Below, piece by piece: positions 36,901-55,668 of a DNA stretch of 64,000 nucleotides (positions are counted from its first letter, which is position 1; the number at the start of each line of letters is the position of its first letter). Origin of the DNA: Podarcis gaigeae (taxonomy: Eukaryota). The DNA lies in the NCBI GenBank assembly GCA_964106915.2, contig OZ066918.1. One strand, given 5' to 3'. A program made the translations under genes and the position numbers. The notes beneath the pieces were generated by a model. That model was not told where the DNA came from and did not search any database. It saw only the letters and a program-made list of their open reading frames with translations.

Positions 36901-39806
36901 GCTGTTTTTTCTAGTGTGATGACCAAATATCTTACCTGTTTCTTAGCATTCTTGATAATTTTCACAGGTTTTCTTTTGATTGCTGAGTCAAGTCTTGGCA
37001 AAGGGACAAACTAGAGTGATGCTGAATATATTTGTGCCACCAAGAATATGTATTTATTTATCTCTCTCTCTCCCAGAAAGACTAGTGAGGGGAGGGATCT
37101 GTCTGTGGAATCACAACATTCTACATTTCTTCATTGGTTGCCACTGGCAGTGGATCGGTGGGGGAGAGAAAAATATTATGATGTTAAGACATAGTTAAGT
37201 TTTATTAAATGTCATGGTGGTGGTGAGGTATTAAAGGCAGATCAGCTTGTTTGGCCCCAAAATTGCACACCCTTATTTTCCTGTAAAATATATCAGCTCA
37301 TATAAGTACTTTTGGGGAGAAGTAGAATTCACTTAGTAAGATGCTTCAGATCTCCATCTTCATGTTGACTGTTGGTTTTAGCTACATCTCTGCTAAAGTG
37401 ATTTTTGCTTTGCATTAATGAAACTGTCATCACCTTGCAGTGCTCTCTAGGGAATCCTCTCCCACGTTGGCTCTCTCAACTTCAGAAGCTGCCTCCTGTT
37501 ATTTTGAATAAATGATTGGTAGTCCCCTCCCCCCTCCCCCACATAGTTCTCTAAAACAATATTTTCAGGTCTTATTGAATAAGAAAATGCTGAATTTATA
37601 ACCTGCTGTTCAGTGCCAAAGGCAATATAGGACTTAAAATGACAACAAAATAGGGCTACATTACATATATCAACCTATTTACTAGGAGAACCAGTAGGCT
37701 AAAATAAGATTCGGTATGAATTTTAGGATTAAGATAAAAATAAGAAATGAAGCCTCAGATTTAGCAACCTGGAGGCTTTCTTATTAAAAATGTTTTTAAT
37801 GGATTTGTCTCTGGTGTCTCAGTACTATAGCAATTTTAACCTAACTTAGAGTGCAATCTAAGAGAGCATCACAACAGCTATATATGATATACTAGATGTC
37901 TCCCTGTGATGGCAGCAAGGAGAGGACAAAAAGGGATAATTCTGGAGGCAAGTTGATCCTTCACTGGACATGTCCCTGGACGATGGGAAGAGTACACCAG
38001 CCATGGGGCTGCTGTACCCATTTCCTCTTCCATGGGAACCAATCAGAGGAATTTTTTCGTTTAGAATAAACATGAGTAAAGGAAGGGGACTTGATAGAGG
38101 TGTATAAAATTATGCATGGATAGAGAAGTTCTTCTCCCTCTCTCGTAATACTAGAACCCGAGGTCATCCAATGAAGCTGAATGTTGGAAGATTCAGGACA
38201 GACAAAAGGAGGTACAGCACTTAATTAAACTGTGGAATTCACCATTACATGAAACGGCAATGGCCACCATTGTGGACAGCCTTGAAAAAGATTGGGCAGA
38301 TTCACAAAGGATAAGGCTATCAGTTGCTACTCATGATAGCTATGTACTACCTCAGTATCAGAGACATGATTTCTTTGAACACCAGTTGCTCGGGGTCATG
38401 AGTGGGAGAGGGTCATTGTACTGATTGTGGGCTTCACATAAGCATCTGGTTGGCCACTGTGAGAATAGGATTTTGGACTAGGTGGGCCTCTGGTTTGATC
38501 TACCAAGGCTGTTCTTCATGTATCTTTAGGAATGGACTTGGCCTTCTTCTCATACTTGTTTGTAATACCCTGCTCATTAGATCAAGTGCTTGCAGCCTTT
38601 GAATCAAATCAAACCCATTAATGTTTTATGGATTTGCAGGCCGCATCGTTGCATTAGCAGCTGCCAGTCTTACTCGACCTTCAGCTCTGAGAACCTCTCT
38701 GTGTCTGATGGAGAGGAGGGCAATACCAGTGACCATTCCAACAGCCCAGACGAGCTGGCCAACAGGCGTAAAGATCAACGGGCTGAGAAGCTGGATGAGA
38801 TGTTGTCACAGACTCCAGAAATCCCCATTGAGATATCTACCCAGTCTGATGGCCTTTCAGATAAGGAGAGTGCTGTACGCAGGGTGAAAACACAGATGTC
38901 ACTTGGCAAGTTATGTCCAGAGGAACGTGGCTATGAGGTCAGTAACACTCTCTTCATTACTTGAAGTTAAAATATTAATTAGATGCTTGGAAACTAGGGC
39001 TGTTGAATAAATACATTGCAAGGTTTCCAACTGGAGCTCTGCTAGCCTTTGCTTTCGCTATCAGTTTTTTCTTACATCATTCTATTTTTATTTGATGTCC
39101 CATTGTTTTACTTCTCCCCAGTGTTTTAGTTCAATGAGAAGCCTTTTCAGGGTTCAGCTGTGCCTGTTCCCTCAAGTGCCAACTTGACAAATAGCTTTAT
39201 TTACTCCACACTAATGAAAGATTAAAACCAAAGTTAATCTGTGTGGGATTGTATATTTGCATGCTTTCCCATGGGTTTAAAAGAATTTTTACAGAAACAA
39301 AACTAGTACATCAAGCTTTTGGGGCAAAATCGCTTTAAAAATGCAATTTTTGAGCTATTTTTATGCAAAAACGGCACTGCCGACATGGGCTACCATATGT
39401 TCCAATTTTCATGGACATTTTCCCGATTTCCGCCCAGACTTCTGCCGACTGCAGTATTCTGGATATGTCTGGGGAAATCCGTACGTATGGCAACCCTAGT
39501 ATATAAGGACATGGCCAGAATCACGTCAGGAGTTTTGTGGCTCAGTAATCTATTGCATGCATCAGATTCCCAGAAAACGAAAGGCTGAGCTGCACATTCA
39601 GATGCGCTCTCGCTTTTTTTTGAGATGGACCAGGGACGATTCTGTCTACAGATAAAATGCCAATAAATGATTTTAAAAGTTGTTCCCTTGGATTTGTGAT
39701 GCAGAATCCTGGAGAGTTTGGAGAATCAGGTGGTGACTCATCAGATGCAGAATGCTCTGATGCAACAGTGAGGACCAGTAAAGCCTGCAGCTCTGCAACT
39801 TGGTAA
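22983..39806 (+). CDS. MAP3K13: Mitogen-activated protein kinase kinase kinase 13 (LZK), complete spliced CDS, about 950 aa
   Basis: 13 coding exons with GT-AG boundaries and consistent phases summing to 2853 nt; kinase motifs GSGAQG, HRDLKSPN, DFG, WMAPE; dual leucine zipper; SDGLSD hexapeptide; C-terminus SSATW. The ATG at 23001 matches human Met1. Confidence 0.97.
23640..23773. mobile_element. hAT MITE related to 13519-13667
   Basis: TIR ccggtgcttttttt / aaaaaaagcactg; partial TSD actcac. Confidence 0.65.
24918..25101 (+). CDS. MAP3K13: MAP3K13 coding exon 2
   Basis: [28 protein letters not shown]...HPNIIAFK; 184 nt. Confidence 0.97.
25194..25546 (+). mobile_element. Sauria SINE, more diverged copy
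   Basis: Family match to the other copies; TSD taaactgtgtt. Confidence 0.85.
25935..26123. mobile_element. Tigger-like MITE
   Basis: ta-cagtggtaactc ... gaggtatgactg-ta. Confidence 0.65.
26667..26858 (+). CDS. MAP3K13: MAP3K13 coding exon 3
   Basis: [16 protein letters not shown]...IIHRDLKSP; 192 nt. Confidence 0.97.
26978..27136 (+). CDS. MAP3K13: MAP3K13 coding exon 4
   Basis: [31 protein letters not shown]; 159 nt. Confidence 0.97.
27311..27469 (+). CDS. MAP3K13: MAP3K13 coding exon 5
   Basis: [46 protein letters not shown]; 159 nt. Confidence 0.97.
27882..28572 (-). mobile_element. 5'-truncated Rex1/Babar-type LINE with (TAT)n tail
   Basis: Open frame [14 protein letters not shown]...[11 protein letters not shown]...IESVLTY...[20 protein letters not shown]...RLKNSFF, typical of the Rex1 ORF2 C-terminus; AATAAA then (TAT)n at 27882-27934. 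Confidence 0.85.
28918..29026 (+). CDS. MAP3K13: MAP3K13 coding exon 6
   Basis: [36 protein letters not shown]; 109 nt. Confidence 0.97.
29930..30039 (+). CDS. MAP3K13: MAP3K13 coding exon 7
   Basis: [36 protein letters not shown]; 110 nt. Confidence 0.97.
30606..30722 (+). CDS. MAP3K13: MAP3K13 coding exon 8
   Basis: [38 protein letters not shown] (leucine zipper); 117 nt. Confidence 0.97.
31436..31573 (+). CDS. MAP3K13: MAP3K13 coding exon 9
   Basis: [33 protein letters not shown]; 138 nt. Confidence 0.96.
32563..33274 (+). CDS. MAP3K13: MAP3K13 coding exon 10
   Basis: PDLLKTDG...[13 protein letters not shown]...[21 protein letters not shown]; 712 nt. Confidence 0.95.
33463..33533 (+). 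CDS. MAP3K13: MAP3K13 coding exon 11
   Basis: [23 protein letters not shown]; 71 nt. Confidence 0.96.
34795..36480 (-). mobile_element. Degraded CR1 LINE, interrupted by a solo LTR
   Basis: RT fragments [12 protein letters not shown]...KFADNTKL and [11 protein letters not shown]; CR1 sequence resumes after 36071; outer limits approximate. Confidence 0.85.
35660..36071. mobile_element. Solo LTR (412 bp)
   Basis: TGTAA...TGACA termini, 5-bp TSD cttac at 35655-35659 and 36072-36076, GC/CpG-rich against an AT-rich host. Confidence 0.85.
38072..38525 (+). mobile_element. CR1 LINE 3' fragment
   Basis: ggggacttgatagaggtgtataaaattatgcatgg...actagaacccgaggtcatccaatgaagctgaatgttggaagattcaggacagacaaaagg, a typical CR1 3' end. 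Confidence 0.8.
38640..38937 (+). CDS. MAP3K13: MAP3K13 coding exon 12
   Basis: [18 protein letters not shown]...[24 protein letters not shown]; 298 nt. Confidence 0.97.
39705..39806 (+). CDS. MAP3K13: MAP3K13 last coding exon
   Basis: [33 protein letters not shown]. Confidence 0.95.
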   Translation, partial: NPGEFGESGGDSSDAECSDATVRTSKACSSATW

Positions 39807-42800
39807 AGATGTATCTCCTCCCTCCTTCAGTCGTTTGATCAACTGGCATTTTGATTCCCCCAAGAATCCCCTCTTCATTCCTCTGAGAAGCTGCATCTCC
39901 ACCCCATCACCCAGATGATCTGCAATAACTTGAATCTTTGGAGAAATGTTCTGATGAATTGGTTTCTCGGTGAGCATTTCAATCACGAATGGCAGGGATG
40001 TATTTTATTGAATAATTGAGCTATTGTATCATATTTTTGGCATTTTAACACTTTTTACTCTGAAGAGTGAACTGTATCCATAGACAGAATAATTGATTGC
40101 AGAAAGAAGTTCAGAAGACTAGCCTATGAAGGACAACAATCTTTTTGAGTCTTAGACAGCATGCATAAGGCTAGGATCTGATGCTACTTTTGACATGGGA
40201 CCAGGCCATGCGGCTCTGAAAGACCGGAAATGAAGGAAGTTAACTCAATGACTTGATCACATCCAGTGAAGCAGTGGATCGGGTAAACTGTGAACAAATG
40301 CCATCAGTGTAACCAGCGTAACTTTTTCAATAGGAACTTGTTCACATTCCTGGAAAGGTGTATCTTGAGTCACTGCTCCCCTAGCATGTGAGAGTGGGAA
40401 GTAATTGTGTTTTTAAATTGGCATTTGGTTGGTTGTGACATCCTGCTGCTGTATTCTAGCCTCAGCCTCTCTCCAGCATTTTCCAGCATCACTATGCCAC
40501 TGTGAGATCAGGAGACACAGCATGGAGTGGCTGATGAATAGAGAGAAATTGAGATGCTGTTTTTCTAAGTTACCTTCCTCTCCATTCCAACCTGCCTTTT
40601 GTTTGCTTCCTTCAATGAAAAATGAATCGATCAAATTAGTGAAGATCAAGAACTCACAAGCCATGGAAAAGCACATTCTGTACATCCTGAGGACTATCCT
40701 GAAGGAAGAAACTGGAAATTTTCCTACTATAGGTTGAACACCGTAAGGGAGTATTGTACTTGGATGAAGCCAAGGGAATAGTCTGGCCTGAACCAAACAA
40801 GTGGCCTCTGCTTGTTTAATGGTGTGACTGGTGGAAAGTAACATTGAAATGTGACGATGAGTAGAGAATGCCCTTCATCTTGGGTCTGAGGGAGCCTAAG
40901 CCATATTTTCATATTGATGGATTTTGGATTGGAGAGGGTCCAAGACTATTGCCTTTCCTGTTTGAATGGTACCCCACTTTCCTTCTGCAATACCTCATTT
41001 TTCCTGAGCAACTTCCTGAGGTTTATAACCATGGCTCCTTTAACTGACATATCCAACGGAAGCAAAACAAAAACACTAAAATGTTCTATTTTGGTTTTAT
41101 AGCCAAAGTTCTGCCAGTAATTTTGGCTGTGCCCTCAATTTGTTGCTAGTTCATTCAGGGAAGAACGATTCATTGTCTTGAGTGCAAAATTGTATCCTAG
41201 CAGTTTCCATATTTATAGTAGTTAGTAGCAGTTGCACCCCGCACTCTCCACCCCCAAAATGAAGGGCAAAGATGGGTTGCATGCTGTTTGTTTACATTTG
41301 ATTTGATTTTTTTTAATTGTCTAGTGGCAAAATGAAGGGAAATTCTTTACTTATACAGAGAGCAGTATTGTATGAGTTAAATTATTCCATATTTTAAAAT
41401 TATGTAGCTGGACTACATGAATCTTAAGTTATGTCATTATTTATTTTAATTTCTATAGATTAAAGGCAGGGTTTATTGTAGCACAACATATTGGTGGTCC
41501 CTGTTCAGTTGCTTCATGGCTACTTATCCCAGGAGGAGGAGGAGCCAAGGTGTTTTCTTAATGTTGTGACCTAATAATGTGTTATAAGCCATGCTTGTCT
41601 TGCTGGCTGCAGCAGCCTACTGACACTAGGATGGGGAGTAGACCCGTACAAGCAAATTAAAGCAGTCCTGAGCTGCATGTGCATGGAGTGTGACATGGTT
41701 AGGATGCAGATCTAAGACCTCTTGGCATGCTTTAGCCTCCCAGCTGCAGTCCTAAACATTGTGATATATCGGAATGAAACAATAACAACAAAAAAGCAAA
41801 TAAGCCCTGTTCACTTGAAATTGAACAAGAATTCCTTAAGCTTAATATGCTTACACTAAACTGATCTGAGCTGTGCCCACTCTGAAGGAAATTCTGTCTG
41901 GTCACTTGTACTCCTTGGCAAGCTTAAGGGTGAATTACTTTTATTGGGGGGGACCCACAGATGCTGTTTATTCCACACTTCAATAAATACCATTCCATTG
42001 GTGTATGGACCAAGCTGTTGGGGAAGCAGCACATTATTGCACCTGTAAAGTCCACCACAGACACCTAGCTTGGTGCTTCTTCTGGGAAGCATGTCTTTCT
42101 TGGCATGATCCAAACTATCAGTACAACTACCTTGCAGCCTTTGTTTCTCCTTTGAGTTTCACCACATTCTTCCTGGCCCCTGTGGACAATTACTTTGCTT
42201 TGCTTTTACTCTTCTCCTTTCTTTGGCAATCACTCGTAGCCGAGTAAGGTTGTCTTCCATTAATATGGTCTTAACACTGTGTCCGTAGTGTGCTATTACT
42301 AACACTCTCATGTTCATGGGTACCTTTGAGTACTGTTGTTTGGATGATCTCTGAATTGGAAACTGTCTGCTTTACTAATGGAATAAGACAATTTGGCAAT
42401 AAAGACACTCTTTCTCTCCCACAGCTGAGCCCAGCATAAAGACTCCAGTTTAACAGCTGGTAGCTCACTTCATAGTCCAGTTAGCTGACTATGCTCTTGA
42501 AAAGTTCATTTTTCGCAATAAGACAAAGTGGGGGATGGTGTCAAGAATGACAAGTAGCTGCATAATGCTTTCCCCATATGAAGCACTTGGTATTGTTAGC
42601 CCACTGTGGTCTTCATCTCTTTTCTAGGGCAAGAAGCATTTGTATGAAATGCCTCAGATATATAATGTAGAACTGTCAGCTTTAAAGCATAACTTCTCAG
42701 GGTCTTGGGCAAAGGAAAGTCCTGTGATCTTTTAATTAGAGGTATTGAGCCTGGAGTCTTAGGCATTCAACGTATGTGCTCTCGCACTAAAGTACAACCT

Positions 42801-45800
42801 CTCCCCAGAGTCTTTAACATTAGTGAAAATGTGTCTGATTTAATGGCCTCTTGTGTCTGTTATTGGTTGTTTCTTTTGGTATTTGCACACAGCCTGCATC
42901 TGTAGATGTCATCCTGCAGTTATAGTGTGTTGAAGGAATATGTAAAGGTTTAAGGAAAATTTATTAAGTTATGACAACCGGGGTCTCAAAGGACATGCTC
43001 TCTCCTCATAAATGTGTGTGTCCTGTGCTTTCCTTTCCATTTTAAAAAATCCAGTTTTGCTTTGATCCCCAAAAAGCTGTCGAAATAAAGGGGCATTAAT
43101 TTAAGGCAGCTAGTAAATTGGTGGTTATGAAAATCAGGTGTTACCAACTAGCAACTTGTGCTTTGGTGTGTCTAATACTTAATTGTAGAATATTCAAAAC
43201 TGGTATTTGTGATTTGTGCCATTGAGAGAATTCTTCCAGAGCCATTTCCTCTTTCTTCAATTAAATTGAACAGGTTTTGCTCAACTGAAAGTCATTTTTA
43301 AAAGAGCTGAAAATGTAATCAGAAATAAGATTAATCATCTCATATTTTCCCCATGCCATTATACCTTTTGTTATCAGCTCTCAACTTTTGGGTACTCTTA
43401 AATGCACATTTTGTTTATATAGTGAACTGAGGGCTGGGCTATATGTTATGACCACCAGGATAATGGCTGAAAATACCAGACCAGTGCTGTGTTTCTCCCT
43501 AGTGTTCCAATGTCTAGGGGCACTCACCACATCATACAGCATCATCATATTGTGAGTTTCCTAGTCCACACTCCATGTAATTGCCACTGCTGGGAACAGA
43601 GCATCTCATGTGATCATGCTGTTTCATGCAGGGAGGGGCCGAATTTGCCCCAGTGACGCCATAGCATGTAGCCTGGCCCTAAGCAGAGACATGGTGTTGT
43701 ACTATTGTATTACAAAAATGCTGTAAATGTTGTGCCTCAAAAAGATAGACTTACTAACCCTAGAATATGGATGGTGAATTGTGCTCCAAAATTATATTGG
43801 TTTAACAGAAGTGAGATTTTAAATGGTTGATGTTCTCTTAGAGTATGCAGGTTATGTTTTTAAGTCTCTCTCTTAAATGTGAGGGCTAAGTCCTTTTTAA
43901 TGTGGAAACAGACTCTCAGGTATTTGTGTGACTCTGGGCTCTAAAAAGCCTGCTTTGTTCTGTAGGTCTAATAAAAGGTACTGATTATATACCTACTTTC
44001 TTCTCTGGGAACAACACTCCAAAGCATTAAATATTAACAGACACAGACAAAACTATGGTAGCTGGAAATACTAGTACAGAGAAACACACACTGTAATTGT
44101 CCTTTTCCCTAGAAAGCAGTGTCAAGTTTACTGGCAGAAAGGGGTAGGTAGCCACCATGCTTCTTCCACACATTACGTTGCTTTTGTGTTCAAGGAGCAA
44201 GCAGTACAAGAAATGCTTTCTTGGCACCAACAAAACAGTGCATTTTTGTTGTAGGGTAGGAAAGTAGTTCAGTCTTTGTGTAAACACGCTGTTAGCATCT
44301 TAGGGGTGTCAGTGGAATGGATGGCCTTGTGCTGCAGAGTCTAGATTTAGTTCTTAGAACAAAGTTCCCTTTAACTGAAAGCCATAAACCCAACAAATCA
44401 TGTCATGCAGATTATGAGACAGTATTGCCATGTGTGCAATCCTCAGTGATTAACCTTTTGGCTGTGTTTTTACTATTCTGTGCCAATGGCATTACAACAT
44501 TATAACTGCCTGATTAAGGGTTTGCTAATAACGGGATAGCAATCTGCGGTATGTGTACAATAAGCAGTGCAAACCAGAGAGAACTCAAGGCAAGTTGCTT
44601 AATTAGGTTTTAGTCACAACTCATAATGCATTCTTAACTACTGGGTGCAACTATGGCACAATCAGTGTGGTGGCTAATGGGAGTTAATGGTTTTACATGT
44701 CATTTGAAACAATCATTTCATATGCTGTTTTTTTTCTCCCTACTCTATGGCTTCCTGAAGCAAACTTGATTTTTTTTGTTTTGTATTGAACAGTGTATAA
44801 CAATTGGGAACAAGACTATCAAAAACAGATGCATGGAATAAAAAGCCAGTGTACCTCAAGTGCTTTATAGGCTCTTATGTCCTGTGCGACTGTAGCTGTG
44901 TGTATTACACCCAAAAGTGGATGCTTTGGTCAATTGCCCACACACCACTGGATGCAGTTCTGTATTTCCAAAGACCGTTCTCTCTTTAGGACCTTGTGGA
45001 CAAAAGGAACATAGGAAGCTGCCTTATACTGAGTGAGACAATTGGCCTATTTAGTGCACTTGAGACTTTTTGGCATCCAAAGTAGATGGTCTACCACTGA
45101 GCTACAGCTCTTTCCACAATATAACTTGTATGATTGCTAATTATATACTGAAAGGTATATGTCAAGAGTGCCAGCAGAATAATGAAAGTGACTTCATAGA
45201 GCATACATAGTGAAAGTCCACATTATCCTCCTTCATTAAAAGCTAGGGGGGAGTTTAATGAATAATGTGTATTCTCTTGTATTATTTTCTGATTGGTGAC
45301 ACTTTAAATAGATTTTTCCTGAAATACAATCATTTGGGAGTATGCTGTCACTTGCCCCTTCAGTTACCTGCTTTTTCCCTCTAGCAACAGATGAGTGTGT
45401 TTCCGTGGCAAACAACATGATCTTACAAGTCAACACTTTCAGCACAATTCTGTTGATTTCAGCAGGTTGTAGTCCTACGTATGCACAGGATTGCGGTCTT
45501 AGTTTCTCAGTACTTGCCGTGTTTCCCAGATAATCAGATTAGCGCACAATGGGGGCTGTGCCATGTTCTACATGAAGGGAACCTTTCCTCAGCACACAGA
45601 TACAGTGGAAAATCTCGGCAAGATTAGGATATAACTTCAAATTGCTTTTGTGGAGGCCAAGTACAAAGTATTCTGGAATCTAGGACTGCTGGAGAACATA
45701 GGCTAGGTGCAAATGAGTTAAAACAGCTACCTTGTGGCTTCTTGCTGAAAGGGGAAGCTAAGCTACTGAGTGGAAGCAGAACTTTCCCCCAGTTAGTTTG

Positions 45801-47819
45801 TCTGTAAATTGGAAAGGAGGAGCTCTTAAATGCACAGTGCTTAGATGTCACTCTTGGAAAGTAGCTAAACATACCGTGTTCCTTTTATACAAACAACACC
45901 TTATACCACCGTTTTCACCAACATTTATCTGATAATACAGTTTCCATGTAAACACACACACAGGAGGTAAGGCACTTGATTAAGACATAATTTTTGCACA
46001 GACTAATTGAAGTCAGACATTTTTCTTTGCCCTTGTCTCAGTTCCAAATTGCTACAATTGTTACATCAGTGTTTATTACGATCTCTCTGGCATATAGCAC
46101 ATACATGGAGTCTGCTAATACCATCCTGAGAAGCTTGTCATTAATGTTGACAAGTTTAGCATGAGACCGTTACTTTAGTGGAGGATAGCAAAGTGTTTAA
46201 CAAAGCCACCTCTTCCAGCACAGATATGGTAGATTAATAATTTTCACAAGAAACCCAACAATCCATGCAGGAGTTCCTGAAACGTTAGCCTAGTACTTAC
46301 ACTTGAGGTGGTCAGATTGTCACATCGAACAGCAAAAAAGGGTTCTAGGTTAGCTGCCTTACCAACACCTAGTGTTCTATATGAAGGGATTTTATTTGTT
46401 TTTGTATAGAACATAAAAAGACGCATCTTCACCTGTACTCTGAAGTAGTGGTTTTGCCCAGTTAAAACTTCACAGTTGACCCTCGGGGTCCCTTCCAACT
46501 CTAAAACTTCAGTGAGAATTAGACCCTTGTCAAAAAGGTAACTCGATGAAAGATTTTTGTAATAGTGGCTGTTGACCACTACCAAATACTTTCTAAGGGG
46601 GTGGGGTGCAGAATACTGAGATGAAGTGATAGGGCTTCATCTCTGGGCTGATAGTATACTCTTAAGAAGCAAAGGAAAAAGGATGACCTCACTCGTAAAT
46701 AAGTTTTCTCTCCCCTTAAGCAGTGGATTATCTAATGGACTAGCGACACAACCATGTCCATTATTCAATGAAGACAAAATACAGCATAAGCAGAGAATGT
46801 GGTTTTCCAGGAGGCACAGAAAAAGTGATAGGGAGGTTAAAATAGACACAAAACCTGAACAAAGAGATACCCCAGAGCCATTTTACATAGTGCACTCTCC
46901 TGGGGAATTGCAACAAAGTGGAAGATACTCCATTTCATCAGCAGTCAGTACACGATTGTAGGAGTACTTTACACCTCGGTAGCTCCCCACAAAGGCAGAT
47001 GTAGAAGTGGCATCTCTCATCTCCCTACCCATCCTTAACTAGATCTCATAGATTTGCAAAAGCAACAGCACTGACGTAATTCTACTAAACCTGTTCTACC
47101 TTTACAGTAAGTACAGTTGCTGCCGCCAGAGTAACCAAGGTATTGAGGCTTTGAGAACAAAGCCAGTATGTGGACTTCATTACCACCACTTCTCCAGCCT
47201 ACAAGGGAAGGAAACCAATAAATCAGTCCTTCAAGACTCAATAGTTCCCATAGCCTACATTAACCTAGTTTTCTTCTTTGGGATTCCCAAGCAGGCAGAG
47301 GGAGGAAAAATCACTCAAGATGGGTTCCCTCAATAGAGAAGATAACAGGATTCAATTGTTGGTGCTGGTATTTCAGCCAGTCAAGCGTGTGTCCCATAGA
47401 ATGCACTGCGATTGCCAACAGCAAGGGGTGCTTTGTATGTGATCTTTTCCTGAATTTGCTGTCATGTAGGAAGCAACCTCAAATTTCTAGGCAGGTATTA
47501 TCATTTACAACCTCCAAGTCAGTGGTAGCAAAACCGCATGACATAAAACTGTTCCAGTGACAGCATTCTTGTTACAGAACACATTGGAACAGTTGCGAGC
47601 ACCTTTTAAAAATGAGTTTTGCAAGTCTAATTATTTAAAAACACACACACTAAGAGGAGAAATTGTTTTCTGTCTATGTGTTACTGAAAGGAGATGCCCA
47701 TGCCTGCACCAGGGATTTTAAAGTTCAGTAAAAACAAAATGGGCTTGGGGGGGGGGGGGAGAGAATTGAACCTTTCCCATAAATAGACTTCTATAATATC
47801 TGGTCCTAACCCAGCCCAT

Positions 47820-54856
<7,037 letters not shown>

Positions 54857-55558
54857 AGCGGAGCATTCACAACGGCCGCCGGGAGGAACAGAAAACGAGG
54901 AGGAACGGAAAGCGCCGCGCGGGGAACTCCGGGACCTGCCCCCGCGTGACGCGGCGCCCCGTCCCTCTCACGAACGGAAAAGGAGGGACGTGGCGACGCA
55001 CAGCACAACTTCCTGTAAAAATGGCCGCCCGCCATCCCGGCCTCCGAGTCTATGGGGGTTCCTGTTGGACTTCAACTCCCATCAGCCCTAGCCAGGACGG
55101 TCCATGGTGAGGGCTGACGGGAGTTAAAGGCAGGCAAAGAAGTGGAGGGGAACCAGGGTGGGGAAGGCACAGGGCTGCGAAAAAGCGCGCGTTCTCCGCG
55201 TTTACTGGCTCCTGTGGTCCCCCCGCCTATGTTCTCCGCACCCGCGTGGTATAAAATAGGGTCTCTCCCTCCCCCCGCCCGTCAGGCAGTAGAGACCCGA
55301 ATGGAAAGACGCCTGACGGGTGCGCGAGGAGCAGGACTGCAGACATGGAGCTCGGCCCAAAGTGAGAGAATACTATGACCATGCATATGAAGCGCACACT
55401 TTGTTTTCTTTTAGTGCAGACGGCGGGTGAAGAGAAAAGTTTCGAAATATAGATATACAGTATATAAACAGCCTCCCTTCCTAATCACTTCGTCACTGAC
55501 TGCGCGCCGGTCGCGGACAAGTGACGCAATTCCGGGCCGGCCGCTGTGGCTGAGGCCT
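54857..55558. promoter_or_regulatory. Bidirectional CpG-island promoter, TMEM41A / SENP2-like
   Basis: 702 bp between divergent ATGs; ETS-like ACTTCCTGT ~55007, YY1-like AAAATGGCCGC ~55018, CRE-like GTGACGCA ~55521. Confidence 0.8.
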
Positions 55559-55668
55559 ATGTACAAATGGCTCTCCCAGGCGCTGCGCTCCTGGCTGCTC
55601 CCTTCTCCCCCTTATCGCCGCGACGCGGAGCCTTCGCTCCCTCGGCCGCGGAAAAGGCGCCACCCCAG
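55559..55668 (+). CDS. SENP2: SENP2 exon 1 (coding part)
   Basis: MYKWLSQALRSWLLPSPPYRRDAEPSLPRPRKRRHP; donor AG|GTCAGA. Confidence 0.88.

Noticed and set aside
39807-47819. Short ORFs between the MAP3K13 and TMEM41A stops
   Set aside because: Consistent with convergent 3' UTRs and intergenic DNA; several AATAAA candidates, none assignable without transcript data.
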